NCBI RefSeq assembly: GCF_001194135.2 | Contig: NC_068993.1 | Coordinates: 43,304,068 to 43,365,714 of the forward strand | Length of the DNA: 61,647 nt | Source: Octopus bimaculoides | Lineage: Eukaryota | Direction: 5' to 3' | Shown: in pieces, positions 35,619 to 47,895 of the stretch | Position numbering within the stretch: the first letter of the stretch is position 1 | Layout of the letters: the number at the start of each line of letters is the position of its first letter | Position numbers and translations under genes: made by a program | The notes under the pieces: generated by a model | Seen by the model: the letters and a program-made list of their open reading frames with translations, nothing else | Database searches by the model: none | What the model was told of the DNA's origin: nothing

Positions 35619-36475
35619 AACACACATACACTATATATATATCATTTTACGAGTTGACTCCGATGGAGTTTGAACTCAAAACCCCAGTTCATTATCATAA
35701 ATGTAATCCTGCCAATCTGTACCCTTTTTTCTCCTTGTGTGCCCAACTTCGAAGAATAATTGACGGCATCAAGATAGCATATGACCAAACGAATATCATA
35801 TTCCTTATGCCTCTTTATACACGTTCATTAATCGTTACTAATTTTAAAGGACATCTGTTTTTCTTAAGTGTTTAAATTGAATGAAAGTCGTTTCGAATTG
35901 ATTAACAATTTCAATTAATAACTTTAATAACCTCTTTAAATGTTTACTGTTACAAAACAATGGAAATGTTTAGGTAATATTTTGTATATTAGTTACGATC
36001 CTGACGAGAAGAGACAAGACCGTCAACACTTCTGTTATAGTTATTTGATTGTTTCGCATCATTTAGGCTGTTGAGTACTTGAGAATAGTATTAATGCCAC
36101 AACTTCATTCTGTATTGAATAAAATATGAGGGCCTTCACTTGGTGCATAACTTCTGATGGAGTGGCTAGACCACCATCGTGATATACATAGAGCAAGTTT
36201 TAGGTTCTTTTCTTTCTTTCTTTTTTTTTTTCTTTTTTGTAAACTTGATGGACCCTAATCATCTAAATTGTCAATTTCTTCTGAAGAATCGCACACAACG
36301 CTAGATTGATACTTTCCATTTATCAACTTCGATGAAAAGGTAAGGTTGACATCGGCTGGACTTGAACTCAGAATGCTGGAACGTATAGCGTAAAGCATTC
36401 TGTCTAGTGCTGTAACTCTACTCTTTGTCTAACGGACCCCGTTACACTTAGTGAAAAGAATACTCTCTCTCTCTC

Positions 36476-36518
<43 letters not shown>

Positions 36519-36750
36519 CATTGCGTGTTTGAATACTCTGTTTTCGCTGATGTACTGTCTTCTCTCTCTTCCTTTTCTGTCGCTACTACAGTAGCCTCTG
36601 CTTCGTTGAACCGGCTTATTTCACACCACCTCCATTCACGCATTCCTAACTCACTCAACTTCCCTTCTCTCCTCGCACATATAATATCACCCCGTATCCT
36701 GGCCGTATACTAAGTCCCTGCTCCCATCCTTTCCCCTGTGACATGAAGTG

Positions 36751-37000
36751 GAAGGTGCATAGCCTTAGTTTTGCATATAATCATCGAAAGATCGTGGTAT
36801 CGATTCCCTGACCTTGCTATGAGCTGTTATTGAACAAAACACTTTCATTTCACGTTGCTCTAGTCCACTTAGCTATAAATGAGTTCCAGCAATTACTGGG
36901 AAGTTAACCTAGCGACGGACCGGCGTCCCGTCCAGTGGTGGTGGGAAAGCGTTATAATCTCAGTCACCAATTATATGCCATGAAAAGCGGGTTAACCTAG
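36751..37000 (+). mobile_element. Old SINE with CORE-like block and V-domain-like motif
   Basis: tRNA-like head, TTGAACAAAACACTTTCATTTCACGTTGCTCTAGTCCACTTAGCT, then AACCTAGCGACGGACCGGCGTCCCGTCCAG. Confidence 0.6.
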
Positions 37001-37726
37001 GACGTACATAAGTCTAAATTTAAGTCACGTTTCCCACAAACACATACACACATTGTAACCATCAAATTGTAATTGTACAAAAGAGACGGTAATTGGTATT
37101 TATTCTTTTACTCTTTTCAGTCATTTGACTGGGGCCATGCTGGGGGGTGGGTGCACATGTTTCGGTGGGCCTTTAAAAACTCGACCAGATCCCCATTTTT
37201 CTCTCCACTATCTGGACCAAACGAATAAATATCACAGCTCGCTGATTTGTTAACTCCTCGGCATGTCAAGTTTACTGTCCGGTTTCAATTCCGGCTATAG
37301 CTATGTCAATAAACAGTACAAAACTATCATACAATTTCATGTCCTCTTATTTATATATTCACGGTTTGGAAACTAATGGAGAGAGTTTTTACGTGGTCAC
37401 TCGTTCTACCTATTACAAATAGCAGCCAAATCACCCTCAAATCACAGGCTACTGTCTTTAATAAGGAAAGGATATATAGCGTAGTAAATATGGATTAGGC
37501 ATATTCGATCAACTGAACTTTCTGCTCATTGAATAATCAGCTTGCATTCCATGGGCATGTGAATAATTAGCTGAGTATTCCACAGGCATGTGAACCCTTA
37601 ACGTCCGAGTTTCAATGATTGCATTGGCCCCAAAATTAATAGAAAATGATACTTGCCCAATTGGCAATATAATGAGCTCGAAACTGCAACCTCGTGATTG
37701 CAAAACGAACTTTTTTTTTCCCTCTC

Positions 37727-37937
37727 TTCTTTTCTACTCTAGGCACAAGGCCCGAAATTTTGGGGGAGGGGACCAGTCGATTAGATCGATCCCAGTACGT
37801 AACTGGTACTTAGTTTATCGACCCCGAAAGGATGAAAGGTAAAATTAACCTTGACGGAATTTGAACTCAGAACGTAGACAGGCGAAATACCGCTAAGCAT
37901 TTCGGCCAGCGTGCTAACGTTTCTGCCAGCTCGCCGC
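37727..37937 (-). mobile_element. SINE family A, full length, young
   Basis: Near-consensus: GGCACAAGGCCCGAAATTTTGGGGGAGG..AACTGGTACTTAG..GGAATTTGAACTCAGAACG..TTCTGCCAGCTCGCCG. Confidence 0.9.
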
Positions 37938-38188
37938 TTTTTAACGAACTTCTATTATGTCTACAGTGCAGAGTACAGAAACCTTAAATAGACTGGGTAG
38001 TCACAACTGGAATGTCCTGGATTAGGGCACTACCTTGTTTAATGGAAGTACGTAGTCTGGTGCTTCTCAACCGGAATCCTATAAGATTTTGTTGTTAAAC
38101 TTCATGTGCAATGAATTGTTTATACTTCTACAATACGCAAAATATTTTAACAATTTTTTATACTGTTCCTGATAATCGATTATACATT

Positions 38189-38592
38189 GGCGCAGACATA
38201 GTTGTGTGGTAAGAAGTTTGCTTCTCAACTACATGATTCCAGGTTCAGTCCCACTGCGTGGTACCTTGGGGCAAGTGTCTTCTACTATAACCTCGGGTCG
38301 ACCAAAGCTTTGTGAGTGGATTTGGCAGACGGAAATTGAAAGAAACCTGTCGTATATATATATATATATAGGGGGGGGGATGAGAGGTTGTGTCAGTGTT
38401 CGTCCCATAACACTGCTTAACAACCGATGGTGTTGTATTTAATTCCCTGTAACCTAGCGGTTCAGCAAAAGAACCCGATAGAATAAATACTAGGCTTTAA
38501 GAAATAAGTCCTAATTTCGATTCGTTCGACTAAAACCAGGCTGTGTCTCAGCATGGCCGCAGTCAAACGACTGAAACGAGATAAAAGATACA
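38189..38592 (+). mobile_element. SINE family B/C, full length
   Basis: Head with GGTTCAGTCCCACTGCGTGG, internal (TA)n, tail CAGCATGGCCGCAGTCAAACGACTGAAAC. Confidence 0.9.
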
Positions 38593-40218
38593 ATAAGGTT
38601 TTAAAAAATAAAAAAAACGTCGATAAGTTATGAGTGTCCACCCGAGTAAAATAGAGATTCATAGGCAAAAAGGGATTCATAGGCAAAAAAAAAATGGTTG
38701 AGAATCGCTTGTATCAAATCAACCCTAGCACTTATTTTAAAGTTTGGTACATATTCTAACAGTTACCGTTTTACCGAACCGTTAGATTATGAGGATGTAA
38801 CTCAGCGGTTATCAAGCAGTAAGAAACAAACACACAAGTGCGAGCAAACACACACATTCTGAACATTTTCCATCCACTAAATTCAGTCACAAAGCATAGA
38901 TCGGTCTGGTGTTGTAGCAGAAGACATTAGCCCAGAGTTCTGTTTGTGGGATTGAACCCGAAATTGCGTGGTTGCAAAGTGAACTATTTAACCATATAAC
39001 CATCGTCTATGCCAAAAGGTACCCAAGTAAAAAAGAAAAACAAAAAAGTTTGAATTTATCCCTACGAAACTCATCTGATATAGAATCTTTGAACCCCGCT
39101 CTAAAACCATGTTTAGAAAAAGTTCCAGCCAGTCTTCTAGATATCCGTTTCTCTCCACCTCACACATACTATTGTTATTGAATAGTCGTCTTTGCAAAAA
39201 TAGTGAAGATGTCTTAACAGAACAGCTGTTCTGTTGGAAAGAAGCATCGTCCAACATGGCTACCGGCAAAACGAAGATATAAACATGATAGAAAAAAAAA
39301 CAATAAAATTAATCCGCTCCCAGGTAGAGAAATATGTACGATGGATGTATGTATGTTATATCTGTACTGGCTTATAAATGATAGGAACACATTAAAATGA
39401 CTTAAAATAAACAGACTGCTTTAGAATTTCTACATTTTCTTGTCGTTGAACCTAGCAATAGGAAATTTGCTCACGAATTTTATTCTTTAATACGATCGAC
39501 GGAAAGATGTAACAAAAATACGTATATTGTGTTGACAGAATAGTATTGACGTCTACTCTGTTGTTGCATAAGACTTTTAATTGCTAATATTTAATTAGTA
39601 AGGAAATTAGATAATATTGATTACGACAGAAAGGTATTTTCAAGGTTAGGTTTTTCAACAAATCTTTAGAATTTCCGTCTGTAGGCATTTTAAAGTTTCG
39701 CTCTCCCCTTCTCTTGAGGTGCTTAACTAAATTCAAGGATTCCTTTATGAAATGCATCTCTCTTTTGGAGAAGTAAGAATCTGTAAGAATTATCTTCGAT
39801 TCGGCTCCAATTCGATATTCTATGATATTGTATAATAGGTGTGCCGTTAAACGTTTTTCTTATATATTGTTGCAGTTTTGTTACATAAGAATTATTCTTA
39901 AGTGGAATTGTCAACCTAAATGTAGTGTAGTTTCAACAACACGCGGTAACAGGCCTTGAAAATGTCGAATGACAAATTGAAAACAATGTTTGTAGGTTTA
40001 TAGTGGTAAAGCTTGCTCAGCAAAAATCTTGTCTTTAACGGAACTTCGGCTCTCATTATATATGTATGGTTCCTAATTATTTCCTTTTAAAATTAATTAC
40101 AGAGGAAATTACTTTATACATACACATGAATATACATATATGATAAAATACATGCGCACACACACGTTCGTACATGTGTGTGTGTATATATATATGTGTG
40201 TGTGTGTGTATATATATA

Positions 40219-40267
<49 letters not shown>

Positions 40268-40399
40268 ATACATATATGCATATAGAAATGTTGCTTTGGC
40301 GTGCGGTCTACCGCAGAATCCGACGCTATGAAATGGTCTGATTAGGGGTCAGGGTTAGCCTGCACGCTGAAGTGGCATCTATATATGTATGTATACACA

Positions 40400-40750
40400 C
40401 TTCGTATGAGTGATTAAGAGATTTACTTCCCAACCGCATAATTTCGGATTTAATTTCACTGCCTGGCACCTCGGACTGGTGCTTTCTACAATAGCCCAGG
40501 CCAACCAAAGCCTTGTGAGTGAATTTGGTAGAAAGAAACTCAGAGCCGTCATGTGTGTAATATAAAGTATATATGTGTGTATATGTTTGTGTCTTTTGTA
40601 AATGATTGCCATACAAGCAGTATCATTCATTTCCAATATTATGCTAAAACATGTCTGACCATGGGGAAAAATTACCTTGCTTGGGAACAGGTGAGGGTTA
40701 GCGTCAGGAAGCGCATCTGGCCATAGAAAATATGACACGATAAACTTTCT
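40400..40750 (+). mobile_element. SINE with family B head and an alternative 3' tail
   Basis: Head ..AATAGCCCAGGCCAACCAAAGCCTTGTGAGTGAATTTGGTAG, followed by GGAACAGGTGAGGGTTAGCGTCAGGAAGCGCATCTGGCCATAGAAAA rather than the C tail. Confidence 0.65.
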
Positions 40751-41457
40751 CCGACCCTTGTGTTATTTATAGATGGTTATATTACATATATGAGATATAT
40801 ATTCGTATGTCTATATTATATATATATATTGTGTAACATGTAATATTTAGATATACGTGTGAGTGTGTATTATATATAAAATTTTCCATATCATTTAAGT
40901 TTGAAATATTTCATATGTATTTCATTTGTATATAATATATATTTATTTTATATGTGTGTATTTTTAAAAACGTGCATACGCTCACATATGTACGTATGAA
41001 TATATTTCTACATTTGTGTGTGTTTATGAATTGAATATACTTGAGAGCTTAAATATGCGAGGTAGGGGGTCTTCAGACGGGTTTTAACGAGACACTCTCT
41101 CTACGGCTATAAGTTTTTTCAGTCCCCAAGTTCTGGTCTTTCAAGCAGTGAACCAAACTGCTCGAGTTGCCGGACGTGCTTTGACGGCAGACGTAAACAA
41201 TGACACTATATATATATATATNNNNNNNNNNNNNNNNNNNNNNNNNNNNNNNNNNNNNNNNNNNNNNNNNNNNNNNNNNNNNNNNNNNNNNNNNNNNNNN
41301 NNNNNNNNNNNNNNNNNNNNNNNNNNNNNNNNATGTGGTGATGCAAGCAAGAAAATTAGAACTCAAAATATGAGGATATGTATTTAAGTCCCAACGCACG
41401 TAACTCTCGAATCTTGAGTCACTCTGTTGCTTCTGCTAAATGATGATAATAATAATG

Positions 41458-41508
<51 letters not shown>

Positions 41509-42784
41509 ACATTATACACAAATATTATTAGATATGTAGGATAGACTTCGGAAAGACTTCTGACCGCCCCCCACCCACCATTTTCTCCCAAATGTTATTA
41601 TATCTATATCATAAATATATTGCGCCTATATACATACGTGTGTGTATGCATATGGGACCATTTGGGCGGGGTGGTTAGGAATTTTGTCAGTGCGGAAAAG
41701 ACCGCTGTCAATTGTGAAAGGAAAAAAAGGAAACTATACACAAGCCGGGGTTCCTGATTTCAGTGATCGCATCAGTTGATTCCGAAGATTTCCAAGTTCC
41801 AGGTGTTAAACTGCACCAGGGATTATTAAGATTACCACCCAAGGGTAGGTAGGTACTGGCCACCTGGTGAGCCTCCAGAGAGTTACAACCTGCCAAATGC
41901 CGCTCCAACAACTTTGGCCGCACGAGACCATGATGGAAGTGCTTTGCCAACTTTGTTGTACATTGGGACTGAACTCAACATTATGTCGCCGCTAAGTGAA
42001 TTTCCTCGGCACATAGCTTTGCCACGTCTATGTAGGTGTGTGTTTCTACGCGCGCGCTCATTAGAGTGTATGTGTACACAGACACGCGCATATATACGTA
42101 GATATTTATGTGCGTTAATAGAAATAGTTATACATATTTTCCTACGATCGCACACATGTAGAGGCTGTTCATAATGTCTTTTGTCTACGGAGAACCAGGT
42201 AAATTTTATTTGTTTCTATGTCTGCTATGTAGACTTACATTTATTATATCACACTTTGATTACTGTGTGGACTTGGCTCCCCACCGACAGGCTTCTGATA
42301 TTAAATGAAGTGCTAAAAGTTTATAGTAAGTAAATTAGTAGCCCCAGTTCTCTAGAGACACTAGAGTTGTTGTATATTAATGCAGTCGTTGTTCTGGGAT
42401 TGGTCAAGTGATGTAGACACCTGATGAGACCCCAATAAGGATTGAAAATCGATTAAGGATGTTCGTCATTATTTTTCAATCTACGACGGCAGTTTAATTT
42501 GATATGTTTGTATGTCTATATATATATATATATATATATGGAAATACAGTAACATTTATGCACACAGTACTTGTTAGCTACTTCATGCTCGCATCTAAAT
42601 ATTTGGTCACAGCAATCTTTTATGTGCGCGCGCGCTTTTATACATACATACATACATACAAAAGCAGACTTTGTAGTACATATATGTACTAAATATCATA
42701 TTATTTAATTTTAACTCGACTCCATTTGACTTAAAGTTTAGGGTCGTAGAACAAACGCAACTAGTCGAGTCAAACTTATTAAAT

Positions 42785-42999
42785 AATGCTTTCAAATTTT
42801 GGTACAAGGCCAGCAGTTCTGGTGGAGAGAGGGAATTCGATTACATTGACCCCATTACTTGACTGGTACTTATTTTATCCACCCTGAAGGGATGAAAGGC
42901 AAAGTCGGCCTAGGCGGAATTTGAGCTCAACGTAAAGACAGACGAAGTGCCGCTAAGCATTTTGCCCGGTGTGCTAATGGTTCTGGTTACTCGCTACCT
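42785..42999 (-). mobile_element. SINE family A, full length
   Basis: TTCAAATTTTGGTACAAGGCCAGC..GACTGGTACTTATTTTATC..GGCGGAATTTGAGCTC..CCGGTGTGCTAATGG. Confidence 0.88.
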
Positions 43000-43789
43000 T
43001 AAGCTATTATTAAATAATACATGTTACCGCTACCAAGTGTATTGTGTGCTACTTTCTTTTGTTCGTCCACTCGTAAATATCACGTATATCCGGTGTACTC
43101 GAAGCAGCATTAAATTAAAATATCCTCTATATCATACTCAATGTATATACATCGTCAACAAGTTACTGCGGTATTCGTCCAGAGATAAGTATCTCTTATA
43201 GACATGCTGTGTTAAAAACGTAATATCCATTGGACGGCTATCGAGAATGCCAGATTTATTTCGGCCTTTTCGGACTTGCAATAACATAAGTCTGTGTGTG
43301 CGTTTGGTTAGATGATTTCCAGATCTAGACCTGTTTTAATCATCGTTTCCTCCATTGAGGGTTTTCTTCGGCCATTCTTTTCAGCTGCTTCCAAAACAAT
43401 TTAGATTGCTTCGAGTTCGTCAAAAGCAGAAATCCATGAGAGGGGCTAATTATGTTATTATAATTATTGCTACAGAAATAATGAAGAATGACACGCAAAG
43501 TCGATGTTGGTGAGAACTCAAAACGTAAAAAAAAAAAAACAATACAAATAAATACTTCAAGGCATTTTGTCTTAAAAGGAAGATCACGAAATGGTGGTGG
43601 TAATGGTGTTGTAAATTTTATTTGATCAGCCTCAGTATATGACGAGTACTTATTTGGTTGACTAAGAGTGATGAAAAGCAAAATTTACCTGGGCAGAATT
43701 TGAACACATACCGGCAATTTACCAGTTCGAACATCCACAGCTCTTTAAAAACAATAATGCTTTCTTCTATAGATAGATGTAACGGCAGA

Positions 43790-43960
43790 AACTTAGGAGG
43801 AAGGAAACAGTCGATTATACCGCTTCTCTCCAGTACTTGACTGGTACTTACTTTATCGACCTATGTAAGGCAAAAAATTGACCTCGATGGGTTTTGAACT
43901 TAGAATGTAAAAAACCCTAACTAAATACCGCAAGGTAATTTTACCGACGATCTAGTGATT
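43790..43960 (-). mobile_element. SINE family A, diverged
   Basis: AGTCGATTATACC..CAGTACTTGACTGGTACTTACTTTATCGACC..TTTGAACTTAGAATG. Confidence 0.75.
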
Positions 43961-45039
43961 CTACCATATAAATGTCCGGCGACTTTTGGTAATCCAGTTA
44001 ATCGCTGAACCAACGGTGATAAGCTAACTAATAACATGATTAGCTATCATCACCCACTGAGATCCAATGTCTTAAGTCTACAAATAGTCGTGATACTTGA
44101 GAAGAAAGTATAAGAGTATACTTCTAACGTGAATCTTGTATGGTGTGTGTATGTATATATGTGTGTGTGTGTGTATCTGAAGTTGGAACAGCTTAGCTTT
44201 ATATCTTACAAGCATAAATTATTATGGTATGAATGCATCAAGAGAGGAGTATAGTATAAATCAGGATTAAATAGAAAATAATTATAGATAAAAAGAAAAC
44301 GTACCACAGTTTGAGAGGGGTATAAAAGGTTAAGATGGGCGCCTGAAAATGGCTGTGCAAAAGAGATATGAAGACAGATAAACCGTTTTCTTATTATTGC
44401 TCGGAATCACGCTCTCAATATAATCTTTGAGAAGAAACATATTTGCTATTAGCGGAGCTTATGACAAATGTTGGTTTTTCTCGAGAAAGACAGAAAATAG
44501 CACCCAGTTGGCCGGCCAGGCTCTTATAAAATAAATAAATCCCAACCCGGAAAGCTTAAAACCCTTGACATGACATGACAAAGTGTTTTCTAAATTCCAT
44601 CGGATTTTTAACTTCTGCAAAAGTGGTAGCAGAATGAAATGGAAGCGTTCTGCGAAAGTGCTAGCAGTATGAAATGGAAGCGTTTCTGCCAAACAAAACT
44701 GGTAAAAATATGAGATTTCATAATTCAAACGGACTGGATTATAGAACACGGAAGACTTGAGATCACAACTGTCAAGATTTGATGATGATGATGATAATAA
44801 TAATAATTTATTTGCCTGGAGGGCTGCAAAAAACATTCCGGTTAATTGAAAGACGGAGGACAATGGGAATTTGCATAAACATGTGCCTATAAAAAAACAG
44901 TAACAATTAAGAAGAGAATTGTATCAAATTCCCTATTAGAGGAGAAACGCGACCAAGGAACTCCACAGGTACCAATCAGCTTGCTCACGGGGAGTATCAT
45001 GCCTAATCCCCCCCCTCTCCTCCATACTTTTCATCCTCC

Positions 45040-45245
45040 AGTTACATAACTGGAGGAGATCCATTCACTCGAGTCTTGCTACATTCGCCCACATTTTTAC
45101 AACTGGGATGGGAGCAGTCCTCCCTCTACACCCTCACTTCATTTCCAAGTAGAATTTGAAAAAGTCGATGGGGTCTTAGCCGTCGCGTCCACCACAGAAC
45201 TTCCATAGCCATCAGACAGAGGAAATCTGCATGCTTTTCCCGGCC
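45040..45245 (-). mobile_element. Tx1/L1-like LINE ORF2 C-terminal relic
   Basis: The minus strand gives AMEVLWWTR...IDFFKFYLEMK*...KMWANVAR, which resembles the end of Tx1-type ORF2. Heavily disrupted. Confidence 0.45.
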
Positions 45246-46023
45246 AAAGAAAGATGGCTGAATGATCTTCACGATTAATAATAATTGCTTCTAACATCAG
45301 CTCAGGGCCTTGAAATTTTGTGGATTAAATCGATCCCAGCATTTAATCGATACTTTATTTTATCAACCCTGGGGGGAAAGAATGACAAAGTTGACCTCGG
45401 TAGGATAGACATCTGTGTGTGTGTGTGTGTATGTGTGTGTGCATGCGAACGCCTTCGCGTATGTATACGCACTCGCATACACAACTGCGAACGAGCTGGA
45501 GAAAACGTAATACAACATGGAAGACAGGTAAACATTTCAGGAAACGGGCAAATGCAAAAGAAACGAGAACCCGATGCCTGGGTAGGCTCAGGATCACAGA
45601 CGGTTTTGATCGTTTTTCCCGCTCTGGATATTACGCAAAGATAAATTATCGTTGTCTTTGTTGGTGAAGATGATGATAATGTCAGGAATGTTTATTCTAT
45701 TTTATCATTTGAATTCATATTTTCAACACTATTGTTTGTTGTGTTTTTCNNNNNNNNNNNNNNNNNNNNNNNNNNNNNNNNNNNNNNNNNNNNNNNNNNN
45801 NNNNNNNNNNNNNNNNNNNNNNNNNNNNNNNNNNNNNNNNNNNNNNNNNNNNNNNNNNNNNNNNNNNNNNNNNNNNNNNNNNNNNNNNNNNNNNNNNNNN
45901 NNNNNNNNNNNNNNNNNNNNNNNNNNNNNNNNNNNNNNNNNNNNNNNNNNNNNNNNNNNNNNNNNNNNNNNNNNNNNNNNNNNNNNNNNNNNNNNNNNNN
46001 NNNNNNNNNNNNNNNNNNNNNNN

Positions 46024-46065
<42 letters not shown>

Positions 46066-46371
46066 GCAGTTGTAAGCAAAGTTATAGTCAAACCTTTACT
46101 TTCTACCACGAGTTACAGGGTGAACCTTTAATAAGCTACAAAACTTTTATTAGTGAAACCTGAACAAAAATCTCTTTACTGTTAGGTAATCCGGAGAAAA
46201 TCTCACCTAAACGAGAACCTTTCTAATAAGATCCTTTTATTTGAAATTTCAATGTTATGTTAATAAACTGTTTCTAATATATGTAAGTACAAGACCTGAC
46301 ATTTTAGTAGAAGTTAGTCGATAACACCGACCCAGTACTTGACTGGTACTTTGGAATCCACTGATCTAGTA

Positions 46372-46534
46372 CAATAGTTCCCAAACTGTGGTCCGCGGAC
46401 CCATGGTGGTTCGCAAAGGTAGTACTAGGGGCCTGTGAACAAAATTCAAAATTTCATATATATAAAGATAACCATATTAAAAGGGGTCCGTGAGAAACTC
46501 ACAAACTTGGTAGTGAAAAGGTTGGGAACCACTG
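46372..46534. mobile_element. hAT (Charlie-type) MITE
   Basis: TIRs CAATAGTTCCCAA / TTGGGAACCACTG. 8-bp TSD ATCTAGTA (46364-46371) and GTCTAGTA (46535-46542). Confidence 0.85.
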
Positions 46535-47126
46535 GTCTAGTATGTTCAGTCTTCTACTTAAGAAATCATCGAAGTTATTATCATTAAAAGACGGTGTATT
46601 AGGAGAATTTATTAGCGCCAGACAAAATATCATACGGTATTTACTTGTGGTTCGTTATGCTCTGTGTTCAAATCTCATCACCGCCAACTTTGCCTTTCAT
46701 CTATCCTGAGGTTCCCAACCCTTTTTATTTAAGTGAGTTTTCCAATGGACCCCTTTTAATATGCTTACCACCAACAGCACTGGAAAATACGACAGAAAAT
46801 CAACGGTAGCCGGGCGAACTAGTCAAAGAATGTTTAACATGCCAATATAGCCCAATGCTTATATATTTTGGTATTTGGATATACTTGGATCATGATTTCT
46901 GGTTCTGGCGAAAAGCCTTACCTTCACCAGCAAGTCTTAGCAAATGGAAAAACTTTTTCAACTCGTCACGTTGAAAGTCTGCCGGCGATCTGAATTGTCT
47001 TGCGCCAAACCAGAACAGCTTCAGTGTAAATATACTAATAAAGAGTAAATATTCAAAAGGGAATATTTATATAGATANNNNNNNNNNNNNNNNNNNNNNN
47101 NNNNNNNNNNNNNNNNNNNNNNNNNN

Positions 47127-47345
47127 GAGGAGAATGTACGAGAAAACAACAACAGACGAGGACAGGTGGTGTAAATAACAAAAGGATGTATTAGTATGAC
47201 GCTCGGGAATACGGAAAGTCTTTGACGTTTCGAGCTACGCTCTTCAACAGAAAGAATAAGGAGACAAGGAGAAAAACACGGAGGAAAAAAATTGAATAGT
47301 GTTCAGTCAACGGTCAATCATAATAATGGCTGATCATAACAATCA
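47127..47345 (-). mobile_element. Penelope-like element terminus carrying a minimal hammerhead-like motif (47219-47255)
   Basis: Homologous to 18402-18600. The minus strand reads TCTTT CTGTTGAA GAGC GTA GCTC GAAA C GTC AAAGA. Confidence 0.6.
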
Positions 47346-47679
47346 TAACTATATATATATATGAAATCTTGAATTTAGTTCACGGCCCCCAGGTTGGGAA
47401 CTACTGGTATAGACTGATCTCCATCCATTGAAATTGCTAATATTACGATGTTGCCATTCACCACCTTTAGAAAGAATAGTTGGAATGACAACATTATAAA
47501 AGCGTCGGATAAAATGTCATACAGTATCTGCTCCGGCTCTTCATGTTCTGGTTTCAAATCCCGCTGAAGTCGGTTTTGCCTTTCATCTTTCGGAATCGAT
47601 AAGATAAAGTGTCAGTCAAGTACAGGGCTCAATGGAATGGACTAACTTTCCAACGCTACTCGTAAATTAGAAACTAATA

Positions 47680-47895
47680 GTAGCGAGCTGGAAAAATCGT
47701 TAGCACGCCGGACAAAATACTTAACGGCATTTCGTCCGTCTTTACAGTCTGAGATCAAATTCCGCCAAGGTCGATTTTACTCTTCATCCTTTCGGGTGCC
47801 GATAAAATAAGTACCAGTTGAGCACTGGGGTTGATGAAATCGATTTAGCCGCTCCCCTGAAATTTCAGGCCTTGTGCCTATAGAATAAAGGATTA
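47680..47895 (+). mobile_element. SINE family A, full length (a partial copy lies just upstream at about 47510-47645)
   Basis: GCGAGCTGGAAAAATCGTTAGCACGCCGGAC..GAGATCAAATTCCGCCAAGGTCG..AAGTACCAGTTGAGCACTGGGG..GGCCTTGTGCCTA. Confidence 0.88.

Noticed and set aside
44613-44690. CRISPR-like repeat
   Set aside because: The repeats are adjacent with no unique spacers, in a eukaryotic context with no cas genes.
46706-47406. Single large hAT element spanning the Penelope-like fragment
   Set aside because: The ends resemble hAT TIRs, but the flanking 8-mers (CATCTATC and GTATAGAC) do not match, so they are probably separate fragments.
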